DNA from: Adineta vaga
Taxonomy: Eukaryota; Animalia; Rotifera
Assembly (NCBI GenBank): GCA_021613535.1
Contig: CP075493.1
Span: 11,284,001 to 11,348,000, forward strand
DNA length: 64,000 bases
Direction of reading: 5' to 3'
The position numbers were made by a program, and so were the translations under genes. Shown here one piece after another: positions 54,982 through 64,000 of the stretch. Position 1 is the stretch's first letter, and every line of letters begins with the position of its first letter. Below the pieces are notes generated by a model, which saw only the letters and a program-made list of their open reading frames with translations, did no database searches and had not been told where the DNA came from.

Positions 54982-56191
54982 ATGAATATTTGGATTAATG
55001 ATGTCAATAGTAATAACAATAAGCAAAATGCATCAGTTGCACCAAAAACAGGAATGTGAGTTTCATCAATTAAGTTCATAACTTTGTTCGAAGATGTCAA
55101 TTACTCACTGATTTGATATTTTTAGATCGTCAGTTGAAGCTAGTACAATGAGTCCTTTTCAACGTTTATTATTACCAATAAGTCGTCTAAGAATTATCAG
55201 ACGATTGACGGCTATATATCCTTCTAGGAGCATCTTGCATGGACGTTCAGAAGTATGTAAATATGTGGATAGAACAAACACCATAACTATGCATTCTTTT
55301 TTTTTGATAGATACCAACGTCAATATCACCAAATGAAAAGTAATTGAATCAACAATCAATCATTACGAAACTATCTTTCTGCATTTATAATTTTTTTACA
55401 GATTTGTTAGTGAACAACTGATTGAAAATATCGATCATATAGGTATTCTTGGCCTTCTATTTGCTGCTTTTGTTGCTGCTATTATTCTTGGATTTTTCAG
55501 TTTAATCTTTAGTTTACAATCTGGTAAGATATCATCTTTAGATAGATAGATTTATTGATCTTAGAAAATTTCGATTATTCTAGAATTACCAACTGGTACA
55601 ATTCTTCTCTATAGTGGACCTTCATCGGCCTTATTGGGCCAAGATGATCGATGGCTCTTCTGTAATGGTTCTGAAGTATCTCGAAAAACCTATCGAAGAT
55701 TATTTGATGTTATTGGTACTATATATGGTATTGGTGATGGTGTCAATACATTCAATTTGCCTGATCTTCGAGATCGGTTTCCATTGGGTAGTACTCTAAG
55801 TAGTGATGTGGTAATGGTTGCTGGTGGATCTGCAACGCATGCAATTACTGTAGCCGAGATGCCTTCACACAGTCATAATCAAGGATCCTTAAAAGCATCA
55901 AACAATGGTACACATACACATTCGTATACTGATCCAGGACACGATCATGGCGGATTAACAGGTACTGAACCTCTGGGTGTTGGTACTGCAGCAATGGTAA
56001 ATTCTGGTACTCCTGGTAATGGTGATGGTACACATAGTCATTCGATTTCTACCGATCAAATAGATATAGTAATTGATACTGATGGTAATCATACTCATAC
56101 CATTAGTGGATCGACAGGTGCAGCAGGATCAAATCAACCTATGAGTCTGATACCACCGTATCAAACAGTACATTATATCATTCGAACGTAG
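54982..56191 (+). CDS. Predicted type II membrane protein with phage tail-collar domain and HxH-repeat tail-fibre tip, 319 aa (exons 54982-55055, 55126-55252, 55311-55339, 55402-55523, 55584-56191)
   Basis: Four GT-AG introns give one open frame (960 nt). TM helix IGILGLLFAAFVAAIILGFFSLIFSL. Collar motif LPTGTILLYSG..WLFCNGSEVSRKTY..LFDVIGTIYG.GDG..TFNLPDLRDRFPLG. Then GGSATHAITVAEMPSHSH, five HxH motifs and PPYQTVHYII. Confidence 0.85.
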
Positions 56192-56652
56192 AAAACTGCC
56201 TTTTCTATCATGAATATTTTTTATATTAAACATGAAAAATTTTCTTTTTGATGTTAAAAATAAAATGCTGAAATTGAATTCGTTTTTTTCTCATGATTTT
56301 TGACATAGAAATTGTTATGTTGGAATTCATTTAAATGTTCTTTAAGCATATCATTCTTATTCACACTTCGAGTAAAAGATAATACTAATATATGTTTTGG
56401 TTCTGTGAGAGTCAGTAAATTTAAAGAAATCTAAGATTTCTAACCTAAACTTCTGTTTGCATAGTTTCCTTCTCTTATTTACTTTTTTCTGTTGTACAGA
56501 AGAGTTTTTGAATTAATTTTCTCGATCAAAAGTTAAATATGATGGACATAGAGAATCAATACTGAAAAATAAACTCGTGCATATACTATTGTATTTAACT
56601 CGTCGATGGATTCAATCATTGAAGTCTAGTAGATTGCATCAAATAGTATCCA

Positions 56653-58932
56653 ATGTTCCAACTTTCCACCATAAAATTTCTTTTTCTTTCTCTAACTGGG
56701 ATCGCATCGGTTCAAGTTGGATCGATCAGAAACGTTTTTTTCTTCTCGCCTTCTGCTACCACTGTATCAATGAATGGATCATGTGATGTATGTTTTTGTT
56801 CTATGATCTCGTCGAACAATATCATTGGTCTTAGTTGTTCACAAAATGAAACATGTTTATTCTTTTACAACTACTCATTGTCCTACACGCTCGCTAGCGA
56901 TTTAAATAAAAGTTTTCACTTTCTTATTTTGCCACATGAACAACAATATTCTACGTACAAAACAACTGAAGTACTACCAACGAGTGAGTTATATAAGTTA
57001 AGTTGAATGTGAATAAGAAGTTATCTTTGTTATAGCGGTGATCACTACTACAGCTGTTCGTAAGTAGAGAAATACGGATTTATTTAGCCATCAATCCTTA
57101 GTTCGACATCCTTGTTTTTAGAACTAATAATAAATGCTTCACGTACTTTCTTTTTTTGTATGCAATGTAGAAATTTGTATTGAATAGAGTCATTGGAAGC
57201 TATCTTCTAGAAAAATTAAACACCTTTGAGATATTGTTGTCTAAAGAGATAGAAACGAGCATATTTTGATAATATGTTCTTGTATTAAAAGTGTCCAATC
57301 AGCTAACGAATAATTCTGTATGGTCATCAACAGGCGAGACAGTAGCTGGTACTGGCTCGATTGGATTGGCTGCTAGCATATCATTGACTGGACCAGGACC
57401 TATCGTCTTTGATGTTTACAACAATCTGTACGTCAATGATTATGGCAAGCATCGGGTCGTTTTATTTCCAAGCAATGGATCTGCGCCAAAACTCATCGCT
57501 GGTAATGGAGTAGCAGGAGCAGCAATGTATCAACTAAATTCGCCAAACGGTATCGATGTGGATACTACAGGAGCATTGTATGTAGTAAGTATAATGTATG
57601 GTCATCTAAAATTCAGATCAGTTGGACTAGACTCGAGGATGCCCATTAAAATCGTTTTTTCGTTGTTTGTCCTATTTTTTTTTAATAGGCAGATCAAAGT
57701 AATCATCGAATTCAAAAATGGTTTCCTGGAGTATCGAATGGAACAACAGTAGCTGGAGTAACAGGCACTAGTGGATCAAGTCTAAATCTATTAAACAAAG
57801 TTAGTTCACTCTTTTCGAATGTGTTGTTTTTTTCTGAAAAAATACGTATCAAAGCCATAGATTGATATTACAAATCTATCAAATACGAAAAAGGGTTGAT
57901 CAAGCTTGAATCATCTATGAATGGCATTTTTGTGAGAATAGATATACATTGAGAGCAAGAACATATCTGTGCCTAGTATGAGATGGAGACATGAGAATTG
58001 ATCTTGTCGTGATTCCTCACTGTTAACCTCATATCGAATCAGCAAAAATGCAGCGATTATAATAAATAACTCGTATTCCATTCTTTTTCTGTTAGCTCAA
58101 AGTGTTACCGTCGATGTTGCTGGCAATATGTATATTTCCGATAGCGAAAATCGTCGAATTCTCAAATGGCCAGCAAGTGCCTCTCAAGGTATTGTAGTTG
58201 CTGGTAAGCACAAAAATCAAACTGCATGCGAGTGATGTAAGAAAGACTTTTCGCTCTTCCTATTAACATTGATTCTTTTTTGCAATTTTCATGAATAATG
58301 AATATATATCATTGTAAATAGGAGATGGATCGAGTGGTACATCTCTCAATAATATCGGTTATGCATATGATGCGAGAGTCGGCCTAGGTGGTAATGTATA
58401 TGTGCCAGATTTCAATAATGGGCGCGTTCTCAAGTGGATTTCACCAGCATCGTCAGGTGTTTTAGTTGCAGGACAAACCAATAGTCCTGGATCGAGTTCT
58501 AATCGACTAGATAATCCTACACATGTCGTTTTGGATTCGGATGAAAATATTTATGTGTGCGACTACAGTGAGTATCTTCAATCTACTCATTATAGATCAT
58601 TGATTCTATAAAAATCTAAATAATCAAGCAGTTCCATAGAATCACGAACTAGAAAATTTTTTGATAGCAGATGTGTGCTGAAAGTAGTTATCGTATGAAC
58701 TAATACAATATTTCCCTTCATCATTCGTTTTCTTTTTCAAGATAATCATCGAATTCAACGATGGATCAATGGAGCATCTGTAGGTTCTACGATAGCCGGT
58801 AATGGAACAGCTGGCGCAAGCATTAGTCAATTGAATCATCCATATGGTATCACTTTCGATATGTTCAATAATTTGTATGTAGCGGATTCCGACAATAACC
58901 GCATCCAACGGTTCAATTTAACATTTCCTTGA
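56653..58932 (+). CDS. Secreted NHL-repeat beta-propeller protein with Cys-rich N-terminal domain, multi-exon
   Basis: Signal-like MFQLSTIKFLFLSLTGIASV, then a C..C.C...C...C module. NHL repeats QLNSPNGIDVD, NRLDNPTHVVLD..IYVCD, QLNHPYGITFD..LYVADSDNNRIQRF. Confidence 0.75.
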
Positions 58933-60601
58933 ATGACAAAATAATGATGACAAATAATTCTACGTTCTGTTTGTATGTGTATTGGCTCAATGAGGGTGAG
59001 AATATGGGTGTGAGTAAACCAGCAGCAAATCTTGAGGATGTATGTCTTTCTTGCCAACTGATATTTGCGTATACACCCACATTCCTACATTAATTGACAA
59101 AAAAAACTTTTCGCTCTATAAGAAATTATCGAGATATTTATTTGAAAAGAAGTCTATTATTTTCATTTAAAACTAAATTGTCTCATTTTGATATCATTTA
59201 ATATAAAATTTCTAAAAATCAGTTGTTTAGTATTTAATTTTCTCCTTCAAAACATTTCTTTCGTATTGTAATTGAATTCATATGTGTATTTCAGGTGAAA
59301 GAAGTATTGCACTACGATTAAATATATTCTTTTCATATAATTCATTGGAGTAATTTTCAGATCAATTCATGATGTATCTGATCATGAATTCATTGTTGAT
59401 TATACTTATGAAATATCAATAATTCTTTTTAATAATCTCGTATATCATTGTTTTTTTACTATTACTTCGAAAAAATTGTCAACGTATCGCAAATAAAGAA
59501 CGATCATAAGCGCATTCGTTGTATTTGTTTTATCGAATACTATACCATATTCAATATTAGCAACAGAATTTATTAGTTAGTTGATATTTTTGTTATCTAA
59601 ACAAATTACTTTTTTCCACTTCAATTGCCTTTCATATGCATTTGCACAAACAGAGAAAAATTTGAATATCTTTTCCTTTTACGTTCTGTCGTTTAAATCA
59701 ACGGTAAGATAATGATCAATAAAAACAGATACTTTCGTTTTTTTTCTTTTCTTTTCTTTTCGAATACACTATATCGTCCACGTTGTGAGAGAAAATGAAA
59801 ATATTTCTTTTCCGTTCTCTAATGTCATACGAAAAAACAATAGCCACTCATGAATGCGTTGCAAAACTATCAAGGGTCAGATACAGGTACTTTCTCTATA
59901 TGTCAGACATAACTGTGACTTGTTTAGCCATACTGATTTATTCATAGGTCTACACTTGTCATGTCAATGCATAGCTATTATTCGTTATTCTTGGGCTGAT
60001 CTTAAACATGTAAACAAAAAATTATCTTTATGAAACCATTTTTTTCTGAGAAGATATGATAGAAATCAATAAAATTGATATTTGTATGAAGAATACAGAG
60101 GATAGCGATAATGGTTGATGAGTTTTAAATTCTTAAACACCATCACTATTGTATATAACTGTATATTTTCGTTTTATTGTCAAATTTGTTAGGAAGATAA
60201 AAACATCACATTCTTATTAAAAACCAAATCCACCAATGTATGATACTAATGCATATAAATCTTTTGTCTTTATTCACATCAGTCACAATAAACTGAGTAT
60301 GAAAATGATTTATAGGAACTGAATGTGCGTAAACATAATTATTCATTGTTTTTATTTTTCTTCATAATTACCCAAATGAAATCAAGTTGACTGCTTGTTA
60401 TGTATATGCCTATGTGTGATTGATAAGAAACGTGAACGAAATATATGGATAAATCAAATATATGCTATCCTTGGATAATGGGTAATGATGAAGAGTAGAA
60501 AGAAATATTTTTTTACGGTTGATTTGCATTGACGTCAAAATTGTTTGGTTTATAATCTCTGTGAAAAATACTAAATCCTTACCAATTATTTGAATCACAA
60601 A

Positions 60602-60966
60602 ATGAGTACTTCACCAAACTCTGTAAGTTATTTCTTTAGGGAAAAAATTTCTTTTTCTTACGCTTTCTATTCATTTGAAAGGCCGTTGAACAAGTAACAC
60701 AAACCTTGACCTATGAAATTGGTCTTGATGTAGCTCTTGCTGGTTTCACAAAAAACCCAATTGAGTATGAAAAATATAGTGCTAGTGCAAATGCTACAGC
60801 ACGTCATTCATATGGTGTTGGACCAGATGTTGGAATTGGCGCACCAAATGTAGCAAGAAAAAGTGAACAATACGATCCAGCTGCTGCTATGTTCGATTAT
60901 GCTGATGTGAATCATGATGGAGGCATTGATCAACAAGAGTTTGGTACTTTAATGCGATCGCTTTAA
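60602..60966 (+). CDS. Small (~101 aa) protein with a C-terminal EF-hand (intron 60623-60681)
   Basis: MSTSPNS|AVEQVTQTLTYE...; canonical EF loop DVNHDGGIDQQE flanked by helices. Confidence 0.7.
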
Positions 60967-61714
60967 TTATTTTTTATTGTGAAAATTAAAAATTCTTCAT
61001 AAATAAACGAAGTATAAAATTGAAAATAGTCAATTCTTTATAATCTTTCTTGTTAGTTTGTTATGTATCAAAGAAGGAGATAAAAATGTGATTTACGAAA
61101 ATAACTGATACACTTCAAGGTTAACATGTTTTTTTCGTACCATCTTGAATAGATTATATTCAACGGACTTTACAGTTTTATCATAATATTGATTTTAATC
61201 GACAACGATTCGTAGTATACGAAATATGATTATTTTCAAAGTCAATGTTTAATTCTAGATAGAGAAAGATAAGTTGTATTCTAAATATTTGTTTTTATTC
61301 TGCAAGAAAAATATGGAAACTTTCGATTTGAATCGATACATTACGATTATAATCGTTGTAACAAAGGTAAATACACAATAATAACGTTATAGGAGAATCC
61401 TATGCATATACAGGTGTCTCCTGTTCTAAATTGTGATGTTATCGTTTACGTATGTCTACCTTATAGTATTAAATGATTCATTCTATATTGACAATCAAGG
61501 ATACAATTTATGCTTTAAAGAAATTTTCTTTTTCTTTCAAAGTCATTAATGATTATGGCAATGATTTTCGTAAAATTGATTGTAGAAAAAAATCAATATG
61601 CTTTATGTTATATACTTTTGTTTTATTTTTAAAATTGTTGCTTCCGATGATACTAAGAAATTTCATCAAAGAAAACTAAAAAGTTTAATGTCATTGTTTG
61701 TTCAGAGAACATTT

Positions 61715-62830
61715 TCATGAATCAATTGAAATTGAAAGATTTGTGCTATTGAGATGAACATATGGATAAAATTCGTTGATATTTAATTCTTTTGATAGAT
61801 AGAAAGCCCACTTGTCTTCTATTTGATCTTGAATACGAAATGTAAAATAACGATGATGTGTATCAAATAATAAATCTATATATGAAACTTGAATCAATTC
61901 ATTTTTTGGCTGCTGTGGACATTGAAATTCGTCAATAGGCCAAGTGTACGGACGAGCCTTTTGACAAGGCTTTTCAATAGTACCATCAAAGACGTTCAAA
62001 AGCCATGTTTGTCGTTGTTCGTTCATAAATATAGAAGGCTTTTGTATCTTATCTTTATAGATGATACCGACTGAAAGAGTACCATCACTTACAGATTCGG
62101 ATAAATGTACATTAAATCGAATTGTCTGGTAGCGTTTATTTTTCGAGAGAAAGCCTTTATCTACAGACGCAAATACTTCATGTGAATATGTTTTATTAAC
62201 ATATCGGACCTCAGAATTGCCGAACATGCCATGATTAAATCTTCTACTATTCTCATCTTGTACTTCCATAGTATAAGTTTCACAGCATATTGTACGATTG
62301 TTGTTTGAAAATTTGATATGATCATCGGTTGAATGATTTTGAAATTGAATTTCGTTTTCCCAGAGAACTGAAAGTTTTGTCGCATAATCAAAGCAATCAT
62401 TAATATGGTATTCTAGTTGTTCAAGGCGTTGTCCGTGTTCTTGAATAATATTTTCCAATCGAATAATATCATCAAGTCGAATACAATCCAAATTAAACTG
62501 CATGTTAAATGAACGTGATAGGCGTCCAAAATTAACAATAAGAATCACATTTAATACTACTTTCGAACCTTGTTCTATTATTTGAAGATTTTTATCGGAA
62601 CATTTTCCATCATTATCGATCAGTTCATGGATTAATTCAACCAAATGCTCACATGTTTCACAAGCACCTTGTGTCATATTCAGAACTGCATCTTGATCGA
62701 TCTCCGTTCGATAGATTCTTTTCGTTTGCCGATGTTCAGCACCAATTGTTACTTTTGATTGAAGACAATGAACATCAATCTTATATAGTTGAAGAAGATT
62801 TTCATCAGGTTGAAACTCGTTACACGACAT
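61715..62830 (-). CDS. Intronless protein of unknown function: globular N-terminal head, short coiled coil, SPRY/B30.2-like C-terminus
   Basis: Long ORF with heptad LDDIIRLENIIQEHGQRLEQLE. The C-terminal beta-rich region has SPRY-like elements (FSNNNRT, LSVGII, IDLLFD..., FYPYVHL). Confidence 0.55.
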   Translation of the reverse strand: MSCNEFQPDENLLQLYKIDVHCLQSKVTIGAEHRQTKRIYRTEIDQDAVLNMTQGACETCEHLVELIHELIDNDGKCSDKNLQIIEQGSKVVLNVILIVNFGRLSRSFNMQFNLDCIRLDDIIRLENIIQEHGQRLEQLEYHINDCFDYATKLSVLWENEIQFQNHSTDDHIKFSNNNRTICCETYTMEVQDENSRRFNHGMFGNSEVRYVNKTYSHEVFASVDKGFLSKNKRYQTIRFNVHLSESVSDGTLSVGIIYKDKIQKPSIFMNEQRQTWLLNVFDGTIEKPCQKARPYTWPIDEFQCPQQPKNELIQVSYIDLLFDTHHRYFTFRIQDQIEDKWAFYLSKELNINEFYPYVHLNSTNLSISIDS

Positions 62831-62980
62831 TCTTTTTTTCTTCTTTATCTTATGCTCAGATAACATTCCTTTTTATATTAGAAGACAAGCAAAAGTTTAT
62901 TTAAGATATGACTGACTATTATATCCATAATATTTAGACTATACACACAACTTACGAGAAAACGAGAAAAAAACTGATTG

Positions 62981-64000
62981 TTATGAAAATAATGAAAATA
63001 GGAAAGATTTTTCTGAATTTTTCGTTTTCCAACAATAGTTTGTTCGTCTATGAATATTTTTTATTGAATGTCTTGATTTACTTAAAATCAATCGTCGCCA
63101 ATATGCATTACGTAATTTTTCCATACGATACGTTTGTTTCATGTGATAATATTTTTTCATTGAAATTTCATATAATTTCTCTTTTAAAAATTCTTCCGTT
63201 ATTTCTGTATGAGTTTGAATAATAATAACAGGTAGATCTTCATAGAGACTATTCAGAGAGGAATTCCAAACAATTGGTATCACATCAAGATATAGTGCTT
63301 CCCATGTACGATGGCAATCAATACCATTTCCACGCGGTGATAACCAAAATGAATATTGACGATTTCGTATGTAAATATCAGCAAGATTTGATCGACCGAC
63401 ACCAGGATCTTTACCAATACATGTTATAAATGATTTTGTTTTGTTTTTACGTATGCATAAATCTTTCCATATACGTCGACGAAGTCCAATTCCATCACTA
63501 TCTGCCATAAAATTGATTAAGAGAAGATTTTTTCTATTTGAACTACTTTTATCAAACAATACTCGACGAGTCATATCAATTGGTTGAATATAATGTAATG
63601 GTTCATCGATATCACCATAGAGTTGTGGTACTGTATGATGATTTTGTTGTTTATAAATTGTTTTCATTGCTTCAACCATTTCGTAACATTGAAGTCCTAA
63701 ACTGCAATGCTTTTTTAGAGAGTTTTATCTATTTGTAGTTTACCGATAGGAATATGGGTAAATTTCTTGCTTTTTGAACCATCAATTTCACCATTTTGAC
63801 CGAACCAATGAATAATTTTCGAATCGACTCGTTCCAAATAGTCCAAATTTGGTGAAGATAAGTCACCTTCGCCTGTTATTAAAACAAATTTATGAATGAG
63901 ATGTGGATAAATGTCCATGAAAAATCTACTAATTGCCCAAATACTAACATAAATAATACTACCATCAGGTAAACACGGAGCTATATGTCGTGCGTTTGTT
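62981..64000 (-). CDS. Exostosin/GT47-like glycosyltransferase domain protein, 5' truncated by the window edge
   Basis: FVLITGEGDLSSP, HWFGQN, HIPIG|L, FWLSPRGNGIDCHRTWEALYLDVIPIV, LYEDLPV; intron near 63700-63742. Confidence 0.7.

Noticed and set aside
55584-56191. Prophage or bacterial contamination suggested by the tail-collar ORF
   Set aside because: No other phage genes nearby. The ORF is spliced to upstream exons by canonical introns and is flanked by intron-rich eukaryotic genes.

Overview
AT-rich eukaryotic (animal) genomic DNA with many short (about 45-70 nt) GT-AG introns. The gene content strongly suggests a bdelloid rotifer (inference): NHL-repeat and REJ/PKD-like proteins, ART-TPR modules, lineage-type GPCRs, and many bacterial- or fungal-like genes carrying spliceosomal introns. 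The window holds about 22 genes or pseudogenes and no RNA genes, CRISPR arrays or recognisable transposons. Ordinary genes include VPS13, an SLC34 Na/Pi cotransporter, an MFS transporter and three GPCRs. Manual splicing reveals three unusual architectures that the ORF track hides. (1) A ~1,500-aa ADP-ribosylation 'writer + eraser + reader' protein: R-S-E ART, TPR, microbial-type PARG macrodomain (DUF2263/TIGR02452) and about 7-8 PBZ-like zinc fingers, with one frameshift. (2) A 5-exon, 319-aa predicted type II membrane protein whose ectodomain is a phage tail-collar plus HxH-repeat tail-fibre tip. (3) An Hsp70 whose EEVD tail is replaced by an in-frame, apparently catalytically degenerate metallophosphoesterase domain. 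Also present are tandem bacterial-type papain proteases with a gene-conversion tract and a decayed third copy, a secreted GH88, a fungal-type amino-acid permease and several decaying genes. All family calls come from motif recognition; no database search was run.
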